A stretch of 64,000 nucleotides of DNA, from contig JAQFVV010000003.1 in the NCBI GenBank assembly GCA_028023455.1, positions 1,054,001 to 1,118,000 on the forward strand. The letters are read 5' to 3'. Origin of the DNA: Epiperipatus broadwayi. Taxonomy: Eukaryota > Animalia > Onychophora. The notes beneath the pieces are model-generated. The model saw nothing but the letters and a program-made list of their open reading frames with translations. It made no database searches and had not been told where the DNA came from. Positions 52,151 to 64,000 of the stretch are shown in pieces. Each line of letters opens with the position of its first letter. Within the stretch, counting starts at the first letter, position 1. The position numbers and the translations under genes were made by a program.

Positions 52151-55100
52151 GGGTATTCATGAAGAAATATTTCATGTTTATGAAAAAAAAAGTCTCATTA
52201 AGCTGTTTATAAATCAGTGTGTAAATTCTCAGAAGTCACTAAACTAAGACTTTGAGGTATAAATCATAAATATCAAAGTCAATAATGATTTCTAAAAAGT
52301 AAATATCTTATTAAGATTCATAGAGTAAGTTAAGACAAGAAATAAAGATAGAATGCTACAAATCTGTCAATCAGCAACCTACATAAAGAAAATGTAAAAA
52401 ATATAGAAGATTAAACTTTATTAGAATATAGTCATAGATAACCAATTTGCTGATCTCATATAATTAGTGATGAATATATGCGTAAGTATAGTGACATCAC
52501 TTGATTCAAAGTTAAATTAATAATATACAATTCTATATCAGATAATTAATATTAATATAGGTAGGAAAAACACACAATCTATATTTCAGTGATTAATTAT
52601 TAACATTAATGCAAAGATATAAGTTCCATTTTTGAAAATATTATTTAATCTTATTTTTCTTTGATTCCTGCAGTAATTATTTTTAATAATGATTGTTTTA
52701 ATTCTAATATCTCCTATGGCATGTAAAATGCAAATACTTTGGTATGGTTGCATAAGGAAATATAAGGTATTTCTCATTCATTGACAGTGAGATATTCCTA
52801 TCCAAAGTATAGCACAATTATATATATTTTTTGATTGGACATTTAGAGGCATATAAATTTTTTTTGAATAACGAATTCTCATATTAAGGCTGGAATAATT
52901 TAAATTGTATATGTTATTTTAACCATTGGCTGAAGATATTTCTGCATTTAAACATATTTCTCTAATATATAATTTTTCTACATTACTCCAATAAATTTTC
53001 TCATCCATCCATTTTATTTGTGACATTTTTCTATGAATCTTGCAATATTATGTTATGGTCTCTTTATGAAGACAGCCAAAATATCTAGGCAATAATGATT
53101 TAATAATAATCATATTCAAAGAAATAATCAATCAATAAAAAAAAACTGAACAGTTCTGATTTAATAGGTCTATTGTGGCTGCTTTCTATCACCAGATGGC
53201 TTATTTTTAATTGAAAGACTGACCAGTAATTAACACATTTATTTGTGTAAATAAATAATAAATGTAGTACTTATTATTGCATTTATTATTTTCTTCAGTT
53301 TTTTTTTTTTTTGCTTATTGCCTGAGTTTACAATTTTTCTATTAAAATCAGTGCACTGAATAGTTAAATGATGTAAGAAATGCAGATCATAGGTAAATTT
53401 ATTATTCTTTAGTATTTACATTTATTATATATTGTAATTTAATTTCTTATTGAAAAAAATATTTCTCTTATAGAATGTGCCAACTGTTGGTAGAGAATGA
53501 TTGTAGTAGGCAATATATTAAAACAGTATCGAAAACATAATATTTTATCTCACATTAGTTGAAAAAAATCTTGAATATGGAAAAACTTTTTCCACTACTC
53601 AAAATAGGGAAATGTTAAGGGAATTTTTGAGTTAAAAACCCCAATTGCTACTCTTTTGATGACTTATATATAATTATGACATTTATTTCCAACTAAGAAA
53701 ATCAAAATACTGATACATAAATGATTAGTTTTTGTTTCTCATTTTACTACTAAATATTAATTAAAATGAAACAATTTACATTTATTATTAATAGTTCTCC
53801 CAAATCAACATTGATTCCTAATTTTCATATGCATACGTTATGCCTTTTCATTAATTTTTTTTGCATAGAATATAGGAGTAATTTGTGATTATTTTCTCTA
53901 AAGAAGTTTGAAATGAGAATTGAGACACCTGTGATAAACTTTTGCCAGTATAATCCTATATCATTTATAGAAAAAAAAAATTAAAAATGAATTCATGCAA
54001 ATAATATTCCCAAGATTGCATAAAATGTATGAGAAACTAAGAAAAATGCAACTACTCTATGAGATGGATCATTCTATTTATATTTTTAAAGTCAACTATA
54101 TATACAAAAGGTACTACTAAAGCCTGATAAATCTTATTGATATAGAAAAACTTACAAATAGAATGGATAGTATTGAAGATATTATATTAGTAACTACACT
54201 TATATCTTTTCCACTTTAATTAAAGAAAAAAGACAGTTGTAGAAAAATATAATTTAAAAATAATAATAAAAAATACAGAAATTTCTTTTTAGTGTGAAAT
54301 GTTATTTTAACACCTGCATTCATCCATTACTCATCAAAACAGCATATATGGTTTTCTTCTTTTATATTTAATATTTTGCATTAATATCATTAATCCATTT
54401 TATAACATTCTATTCTGGAACATCTATGTGGTCGAGAATAATGATTATAACACCAGATTACAATGCCAATTAAATCTCTAGATTAGTTTTTGATTGTTTA
54501 TCGTGGGTACTGTTTTGGCATATATATTTTTTTTTTCCATGAAGGATCAAAAAAGCCAGCGTAATATATTGTTGCTTATCTAACATTGGAACTATATAGA
54601 GGAGCAAGCAATCCACTGGTTTTTTTTTTTTGATGAAGATCAGTGTCCAATGATTAGTTTGGGGATCTGTTTGGTAGTAATCTGTCTACTAATTTTTCAG
54701 GTTTACATAGATGATTCTAAAGAGAAGTGGTATGCAATGGATTAATAGAAGGATAGAGTTACTGTCTCAGGAATCAAAAATTTCTGAATTAATTCTTAGC
54801 TGAGTAAAGTAAAGGCAAATTTCCAATTTGGTCATTTGATAGGAAGTATTATACTCAACTGCCACTTAAGCACTTGAATATCACATAGATTTTGATAACT
54901 AATCATACATTTGATGAAATTGGATGAAAAAAATTAGGAGTATCTAAAAAATAAAGAAAGTGGAAAGTTAAAAAGCATTAAAATTATCATTTATTAAAGA
55001 AAAATAATTTTAGAACTATATTTTTAACAGATAGTTTTATATCTTTTAGTTCAAGAAACAATTGTTTTATATCTATTAGTTCAAGAAACAATTTCAGAAA

Positions 55101-55886
55101 AGAATGTAATTTTGTTTATTCCTAAACATTTAGAAAATATTTGTATATATATATTTAAAAAATGGAAGCAATTAAATTTATCTAATTTATGGAAAATAAT
55201 AAGATGTTTATTTTCTTGCTGATTTTTTAACAAAGATTGAACTGCATTTTAATTAAAAGAACAACAAAAAAAGATACTTTGCAGCATCTTAATTTACATT
55301 ACTTATGACTAATTTTAAAATTTTTTTGCTATTACATAGAACTATAGATTTACTGATGAAGAAAGTACAAAGACATTCATGCCTGTTTATGTGTGAGAAT
55401 CCATACCATAACATTTCAGAATTTACTTCTTAGATGTTCATTATCAAAACTGTATAATACAAATAGATGATGTTTACTAAAAATTATTGAATTGTTCATT
55501 ATATTTTATAATGTCTTGAAAAAAATCTATACAATCAAAATTAAAATTATTAATAATAAAACAGACATATTATCATGGAGCAGAAGCTCAAAATGAGTAA
55601 ATATTATTAATGCTGAGTTATTGGATATGAAATAGTAAAAAAAAATTAAACCAACTATGATTAATTTATTCCTATTCATGATCAATTATCACCAAAAACC
55701 AAAAATCAGTTACTGTAAGATATGCTTGTAGAATGGGATTAATATATGCAATTTTTTGGATTTTAGTGAATAAAACTAGAATGTGTTTTAAAGCAATAGT
55801 TTTAAAATTATTCCATTTCAAAATAAATTTAGATTTAATAGTAGCAGATTCTCTCTATAGAATTTCATCAAGAACAAGCTATCATC

Positions 55887-56728
55887 ATCAATGGATGTAG
55901 GAATGTTTGTGCATAAAATCCCTATCTAAAGCCTACTCATCCAATATACCCAGACTAGTTTCTAGATTTTCATCATTGAGGGGCCTTGGATTTGAGAGCA
56001 TTGCACCTAGATCTTAAGGTCTAATACAACCCTCTATCAGCCATCTTTTACCTATTTGATTAACTATAAAGGTGGAGTGTTGCATTAGATCTTAAGTCAA
56101 ATCCAAAGCTGCTCACTGATGAAAGCGACAAGTTTCAAACTAATCTGGGGATATTGGATAAGTAGGCACTAGATAAAGATTTTATGCACAAACCTTCCTG
56201 CATTCATTGATTATGAAAGTTTGCACTTGGTGTCACTACTATATGAAGAATTTGCTATTGTTATTAATAGCTTGCATAACCATATGAAATGGTAATCATG
56301 AGATGTTTTTATGGTTTTTTCACCTATCCTACCTATAGAAACCAAAGACACCAAAATGTATTGATACTGAGCTGAGTTCAGATCTATATGACATACAAGC
56401 AAATGAGCTTGGGTTGAAAACATTATTGTGTTTTCATCTTGGGTTCCTAGCTTTATGGTTAGCCAAATAGGTAAAAGGTGGCTGCTGTAGGGTTGCATTA
56501 GATCTAAGATCTGAGTGCAATGCTCTCAAATCTAAGACAATTCATGATGAAAGCCACAAGCTAGAAATTAGTCTGAGGATATTGAATGAGTAGGCTCTAG
56601 ATAGGGATTTTGTGCACAAACTTTCCTGCATCCATTGATTATGATGGCTTGCATTTAGTTACATTACTGTATGAAGTTTGCTACTGTTATTAACAGCCTG
56701 TGTAAACAAATGAAATGATGATCATGTG
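55887..56728. mobile_element. Family A composite: inverted arm plus tandem 1.x-mer with two same-sense hammerhead motifs 428 nt apart
   Basis: - arm about 55887-56070. + HHR motifs at 56116-56150 (C17 position 56145) and 56544-56578 (C17 position 56573); each + unit ends in atg(g/a)t(a/g)atcatg. Each core here has one lesion. Confidence 0.88.
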
Positions 56729-57959
56729 AAAATTTGGATTTGTGAAATCAGAGCTACTTTGATGCTAAGAATATGCAGAAAAATTAATGAAATTCAGAAC
56801 ATATATTAAAGTTAAATCTCCAAGCATTTTGTATTCCATGTATCATTTATGTTTTGAATTTAGTGGTGAGTGATGTACCTAAATATATTTTAGAATTTGC
56901 TTCATCTTTTAATTTAATCATAAATTCTTCCAAAGTTTTATGATTTTATTCTCAAATCAATTTACAAAATATACAGTCATCCAAAAATGTCAACTATTTG
57001 AATTATAATCATTGTCAAGAATAAATTGTAATTTAAATATAATTCAGGCATAATCTATATGCAGCTCAATATGTAGGGCAGTATATATTACTTGAACTAC
57101 ATATATTTATTATGTAATTTTTGTTTTTTTTAACATCCATATAAAAAATAAAAAGTTTCCTTAATTATCAATGAAAAATATTTCAGAAACGTCCATGTAG
57201 ATATTATTTGAGATCAATTGTATGAGTGTCAATTAAAGACAATGAATATTTAAAAGCTTTACATATGAAGGCTGATACAGGCAGATCATATTCTAAGTGT
57301 AAATTTATTTGCAGTAATATAGTCAATATATTCCTATAAATCAATAGATAGGATCTTCAAAAATTGATACAAGTGCAATAACCATCACTCAGACAATTGA
57401 TATCCAGTATTATCCATACAAAATTATAAGGAATATTTTTTATGACTGCCAAGAATACTTATTTAGCATGAATTAGGATTTACTTAAGTAGCACATTTTT
57501 ATTTTATTTTGAAGATGTATATATTTTAAAAACTTGGATCTTCAGTGTAATTCCTAATTCCCTGTAAAAAGATCCTTCAATTTGGTTGTTAAATATATTG
57601 GATAGTTAAGCTGCTCTAAAAATTATGTTTAGATTTTTTTTATTTTAAATTTAGTGTTTTCATGTAACATTTTATGGATGGATGTTAATATTAGAATCTG
57701 AATGTTATAGAGAATATAAATGTTTTTGAATAGTGAGATTTTGAAAAAATTACCAGCTGAACACTTCACCAGATTTGACAAACTTTTGCTTAAAATATAA
57801 AGGAAAATCAATAGACGAACTAAGTTATTAATATTTGAAATTGATGGTGAGACATGATAACCAAGTGTGAATGAAATGAAAGATTCAATAATCTCAATAC
57901 TTAATATGTTATTGAGAAGCTATTTTGTAAAAGCACATTTTTTAAATAATTGCTAGGTC

Positions 57960-59720
57960 AATTTTATGATAAATTAAAGATAGCCACAGGTTGAGTTCTC
58001 ATGGAAATAGAAGTCATTCGCTATCAACGGTGACACCTGAACCGCTTTACTTGCAAGTTAATAAGTAGATACCCGTGTGCTGATCGATAAATGATGGATA
58101 AGTAGGTTAAATATTAGATGGTTAAATGGGTTGGCTATAAATTGTAATATGTAAGTCATTAGTTATAGTAAACAGTCTCTATGATCTATTAATTTGAAAA
58201 TCGAAACATTTATTATCTGGACTTTTTACATAGTGTATATATATTAGCATTTATTTTATTAAGATTTCCGATTTTTTTAAAAAGATAATTAGCTGGTTTT
58301 TCACTATCATTTATAAGAGAAATCTATAGGGATTCTAACCAGGATATGTATTCTGCCATTGTGTACAGTCAATAATTATATTTAAAAAAAATCAAATTTT
58401 TATTTTATAAAATAAATACTTGCTGGAATAAAGTATTATTATTACAATATCTAAGTTAAGTACTGTAAGTTTAATTATAAAGTTCATCCCCCCTCCCCAT
58501 CTTTTCTTCACCTTTTTGTGTTGTAGGCTATCGTTGAGATTTTAAAAATCTATTTTTTCGCTTAAAGCCTTTCTTTTCTTTTTCTCTGAACTGAATGAAA
58601 AGGATGTGAAATTTGATTGGTAGATAAATTAGACGACCTGCGGACATTTGCTAAAGTTCTTTACTGCCTGAGTATAATTATTATTTAAATGCTACCTTTT
58701 TTTTTTTTCAACTTCCTTTTCTAAGCACAAAGCCAGTCGCAGCCTGTTATTATTATCAACTGATGACTCACTCAGAAATGTGGTCAGTTTTAACCTCAAA
58801 GTTCCTTCTTTGAAATTAATGAATCATTAACATATAATGGAGAAATTCTATAAGTTAACGCAGGGACAGAAGAGTTAGAACTAATTACTTCGGTGGCTAA
58901 AACTATTTATTAAATATAGTACTAAGTATTGGTAAAAGACGTGGATTAGCTTCTAATATAAAAAACCGTTTAACCCCTGATCTTATAGGACAATATTTAT
59001 ATGTACATTACGTATGAATAACAATACTTTGATGGTTTTCTGTACCTATGTGAGAATATATTTCAAATAAATACGTGATATTTTTTTTTAAAAAAATATC
59101 AATTATTTATGAATTATATTAAAATATGTTTTGTAATCTTTAGAAAAGCAAATTTTTGTTAATGCAAATAATTTGCTATTAGAGGATATTATGATCAGGC
59201 AATGACAGATACATTGATCATCATCACTTTCCTTCTTAAAAAAATATTAGACCATCTTTCAAGATGGGTTATAAAATAAGAACTCGATATTATTTTGTGC
59301 TATTTATTAATAAAAGAAAATTATAATGAGTAAATGTATGTGTGTATTGCTTATAGAGAGATGAATAAAATGACTGGAATCTTCATGGCCCTGTTTGTAT
59401 TTTACCTGTGAATGAATTATAGAATATTTGATGAGCAGAACTTCTTAAACTGTTTTCCGTAGTGATTTTTTTTTTTTTAAAAATAAAGATAAATATAATA
59501 GGTAATCTATGGTTAGTTGCTCGTGAGGTCATCATTTGTTCAGGTATCCAAATTGCAGATTATGAACGGCAATCTAATCATTTTATCAACTGACATTTCT
59601 TTTTTTAAACAAAAAAGTTCAGCTAATAACTAATCCACGAACATTTGCTCGTGAGTCACCGTACTTCCACTGTTGCAAGCAGCACAGTTTTAGTTTTTCC
59701 TGGCATATGATTCAAAACAA
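57960..59720. promoter_or_regulatory. CpG-retaining non-repeat region, candidate regulatory island
   Basis: Many CpGs. ATCGATA at 58083-58089; TTGCTCGTGAG twice (59517-59527, 59645-59655); AP-1-like TGAGTCA at 59652-59658. Confidence 0.3.
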
Positions 59721-59824
59721 ATTTATTTTTAAAGTTCGGTTAAGATTGTGACATGTGTAATAGATGATATCCTTGAGTACAAATTAAATGCAAAACTGCA
59801 GTAGTCCATATCTGTTAAAAAAGG

Positions 59825-59919
59825 AAAAATTCTCCATACAGTAGGTCCTTCTGGCATCCATTGATTACTATTGCTTGCACTGAGTGACACTACTATATGG
59901 AGAGGTTTGCCTGTTTTAA
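59825..59919. mobile_element. Family A element, collapsed copy
   Basis: aaaattctccatacagtag (- arm) joined to ccttctggcatccattgattact...atggagaggtttgcctgtttt (+ arm). Confidence 0.8.
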
Positions 59920-60878
59920 CTTTATTAATCTTAGCTTAGTATTTACCCTCTCTTCTCCCAATCCAAATTTTTTGCTCATGGGTAATTTGCTCATATTTTA
60001 TCAACTTCATTTTTCTAAAGCTTTGTTCCAACAAATATTAACCCATTTCTTATTTTAAAAAATCTCTGAGGGAATATGAATAGAGGATGCGTTCTCTTTC
60101 AACATTCAGGGATGGCCTAATAAATACAAATCCAGTAATAACTGAATCAGATAATTCAAAGTAGGCATAACAAGTATAACAGCATCATCAGATTTTTAAG
60201 ATCAGTTCTATTCATTCTAGCATAAGACTTAGTAATCAATGGACAATAGATGATAGATCATATAATGTTAAAATATATTTACAGACTAGTTTCTGCTTTT
60301 GCTTTCTTTTGTAAGGAGGTAGGATTCAATATGGGACTCAATATACATTCATTTCGCAGCCATCTTTTTATTCCTATATATTTTTGAAAGTAATATTCTG
60401 AAATTAGAAAAAAAAAATTGAATACAAGTCAATGACTTGAAAAGTTATAAAGTTCTGGTAAAAACAAATTAAAGAGAATTTCTCTTGAAAACATATGAGT
60501 AAGTTGAGAAAGTCACATGATGTCATTGTTGGTATTAGATTTCCTAGCCAATAATAGAAGGAGCATTTCTAAAATCTACATAAACTGACCAGACCAGATC
60601 TATTTGCCTATTTAGTTCTAGACCAAAGAAGTTTAAAAGGGTTACAACTTGCATGCCTGCCTTAGTTCCTGCTTTATCCTTAAATTTTTACTGACAAAGG
60701 CAAAATGAAGAAACCAGTCTAGGGATGTGGATATTATTGCACTTTATCATGGTTTTCACTAATTATTCAGGCTTATAGTAGATTGCTTTAAAATAAGATG
60801 TAGATAATTGTTTTTTATATGAATAAGTTGAGAATGAATGTCATGTGATGTTATTTTCATGTTATTTATGCTATTCTT

Positions 60879-61490
60879 TAATAGTTAAACAGCATTAAGC
60901 TGTTGCACATGCGCTTTGCAGATTTTAACTATAAATGACTGAATACTAACACTTCAAACACATGATAAAGTCTTTAGGAAAAGATAGAATGGCCATCTAT
61001 CTTTTCGAACCCAAATGCTTTTGTATAGGCAAATCATAAGTGTCTGAAAGTGAAAGCTTGAAGATATTAAATAATCACTTTAAATTACTTTTACATGATT
61101 GAATGAATGACGCTGGTGAAAATTACTAAAATTTACGATACATCATTCTTATTTAAAATTAAATGTATGTAAATAAATCAATTATTTTATATAGCGCAAT
61201 GTTTTATAAACTGTAATAGTTAAACAGCATTAAGCTGTTACACATGCGCTTTGCAGATTTTAACTATAAATGACTGAATACTAACACTTCAAACACATGA
61301 TAAATTCTTTAGGAAAAGATAGATGGCCATTCTATCTTTTTCTAAAGACTTTATCATGTGTTTGAAGTGTTATTATTCAGTCATTTATAGTTAAAATCTG
61401 CAAAGCGCATGTGCAACAGCTTAATGCTGCTTAATTATTACAGTTTATAAAACATCGCTCTATATAAAATAATTGATTTATTTATGCTAT
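60879..61490. mobile_element. Family C element: near-perfect palindrome of about 330 bp plus a tandem partial copy (335-nt period)
   Basis: About 61160-61323 is inverted relative to 61330-61490 around TGGCCA (61324-61329). 60879-61004 is a direct repeat of 61214-61339. Confidence 0.88.
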
Positions 61491-64000
61491 TTTTGAAAAT
61501 TAAAATTGTTATATAAAACATTGGATAGACGATGAGGAAAACGTATTTTGCAAAGTGTTGGTTGTGATGTACACATGTACAATAATGATTAGGGAAGAAA
61601 ATACCATGCACAGTTGTCTGAAATAGTTTCTCAGCAACATGTTTCCTTTAATAATTGTCAGATGTAAATTTTTTCAATAGATATGAAAAATATAAACATT
61701 AATTCACCTAATTGGTTTATCTGCAGTTATTTACTGTTCAATTTTAACATCTGTTAGACCAATTTCTATTAAATATTTATTTGGAAAACTGAGTGGTTTT
61801 TTTTTGGATAGACACTTGCAGCTCAAATATAGTATTTTATCGTAGTGAGAGAACTTACTATATTAAGTGAGATATAGTCTTCTTTTGAGTGTGTCACAAA
61901 ATTACTGGAAATCCTTTTACACAGATGCTTTGTAATATTCTAAGTTCATTCAACTGGATTTTTAGTTTACTGGATATGTTTATAATTGTAAGAGATCTCA
62001 TTGGATAGTGCATAGAAAATAGATAAACTGCAGCAAAAAAGTTTTATGGAAAACTTGAGAATTGTTTTTATGAAATAAATAAACTCTATGTATGTTGTAA
62101 GGTTTACCTCAAAAATATTCTAAAGAAGGGTATTATTAATTACTTTTACTGGAAAGATATAGCTTAGATATGACCACTAATTTACAGTTCACACAGAAAT
62201 TTACATATGAGCTCAAATGTGACATAAAATTTTTACAACATTATTCAATTTTTATAATAATAAAAAAAAGTATAGTATGATATAGATAAAGAATAATTAC
62301 AATTTTTTTAAAATAATATGATCATGTACTATATAAAAAAAACCTTTAAAGGTTAAATATTCCTTACTTTAATGAGATTTCTGAATAAGTTTTGCTTTTG
62401 ACAAATTTTATTAAAAATAGCACAACATTTTTCAAGTTTTAATCAGTCAGATCTGATCTTCATTTTTTTAATTTTTTTTTATCAATTTCATGAATGAAAA
62501 TAATTTTTATAAATAACAAAATGCAAAGCTTATAAAGAATAAATAATTTCAAAATGAAAATTAAAAACAGTTTAATTTATTTTAGCCATATCAAAATTTG
62601 ACTTTTTTTTTTTTGGTTTAATTAATTGAATATGATTTTTGTTATATATATATTTGCCAGTTATTAATGAAAATTATTTTTTGATTACAGTATTATTTTA
62701 TAAAATTTGGGTTTACTTTTTATTTTTTAATCTAATTTAGTCCCACAACAATCACATTTAGTATATTGATTATAGATTAGCTGTCCCTGATACATTTGAC
62801 AAAGTATAGAACTAACTATGCTTAAGTAGAGCATGGAAATTTTCCATAAAGAAAATTTTTCTGCAGAAAATATTATAAAATAGGATTACAAGATATAAAT
62901 AGGCTAAAAGAGTAAAATTTGATGTATGTGGACATATTTGCATTTCAGGAAATAACTTTACTAGTCTTTGGAAAATTTATATTTAAGTTTTGAATTTGAA
63001 AATGCTATCTGGTATAATCTAAGAGGTAAATTTTAGATTATGGGCATTGAAATAGGTTTTTTGATTCACAATAAATTCCAGGGATCATCTACATTTTTTG
63101 AAGTTTAAAAAAGAATTTGAAGTTTTTCTTTGCATTCTTGCTAAGTTATCCAATAGATTTTATATACTAACAAGACTGAACCCAGCTTATAGAAAGGTTG
63201 TGGTTTTTGTAAGTTTTTTTTTAATTAGTTGCTTTAATAAATTTCAGTCATGCATGGTATTACTGTGGAACCATGAAGAAAACAATGTCAAACTACATGA
63301 CTTAATTATATGCAACCAAAACAAAATATAAATATGGTATCATAGCATCTATTTTTTACTATCACTAAATATCACATTTCAAACATGAAATCATATTTTC
63401 TTTGTGATTTAAATACTATACTTATTTAGTTCTGTACTATAGTAAAAATCACATAGACTGATTTTTTTCTGAGTATTATTTCCTTCAAAAAGTTTTATTC
63501 TGTATGTCTTTTGTAAAATACCACATTTTTTTTAAATGTCCCCGATCTATGGAAATGTCATTGTTTTTGTAATAGTTTTTTTTTTTGTAATTGGTTGCTT
63601 CAATAATTTTTTTTTTGTTTTGTCGAATTACTTGCAGACAAATGTATCTAGCTTATTAATGGCAGAATTATTTCCTTTCCATAAAATATGCTTCATAATT
63701 AAAATTACTAGGATTATTAAATATAAAGCTTGGAATTACTTCATTTGCATAAAATGTTTGTAATATAAATTACAGTCTAGTTAGGCATAGTTATTTATTT
63801 ATAAAAACAAATTTAAAGATTTTTTTTCTTTTTGATTTTGTAATTGTGAATTTGTCACGATTTCGGGCAAACATAATAATTTTTTAATTGGTTGGGAACA
63901 TGACAGTCTTACGGACAAACACATATACATTCATATGGATTTTATATTATAGATAATGGTAAATATTTATAATTGTGAAATGCAGAATGCAAACTTTAAA

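Noticed and set aside
55338-55396. Possible terminal RII exon after catag (NYRFTDEESTKTFMPVYV*)
   Set aside because: No similarity to RII sequence following WAM (expected DRxTFRRI); no support beyond an acceptor-like site.
58755-58795. Isolated hammerhead-like string CTGATGA-ctcactca-GAAA-tgtg-GTC
   Set aside because: Stem II and stem I cannot pair; single copy; likely chance.
5004-59919. Family A as a classical TIR MITE or foldback DNA transposon
   Set aside because: Ends are not fixed on both sides, centre junctions vary, TSD-like repeats vary from 8 to 15 bp, and a ribozyme core plus tandem monomer are present.
63098-63763. ORFs 63098-63331 and 63536-63763 and other short F/I/L/K-rich ORFs in the track
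   Set aside because: Composition expected from random AT-rich DNA; no domains or splice support.

Overview
AT-rich, CpG-depleted eukaryotic genomic DNA, probably from an invertebrate (the NMPRAAT variant of the cAMP-binding motif suggests an arthropod; inference). The only host coding sequence found is three + strand exons of a PKA type II regulatory subunit gene (Pka-R2/PRKAR2; 22509-22550, 32979-33043, 38641-38794), encoding cAMP-binding domain A. They are separated by 10.4 kb and 5.6 kb introns; flanking exons were not found in the window. The rest is intronic and holds decayed elements (RTE, Vingi/Ingi-like, CR1/L2-like, DIRS-like, hAT), tRNA-derived SINEs and one young hAT MITE. The main observation is a set of short non-coding retroposed families (called A, A', B and D here). 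Each carries a minimal type-I hammerhead ribozyme (HHR) core with a self-complementary stem III. They are mostly inserted as head-to-head inverted pairs, often with 8-15 bp target-site-like duplications. One copy has a 428-nt HHR-to-HHR tandem monomer, as in retrozymes or Penelope pseudo-LTRs. A further family (C/E) has the same inverted-plus-tandem layout (about 335-338 nt period) and a conserved GGCC-centred hairpin but no recognisable hammerhead. All alignments, translations and folds were done by eye; coordinates of decayed elements are approximate.
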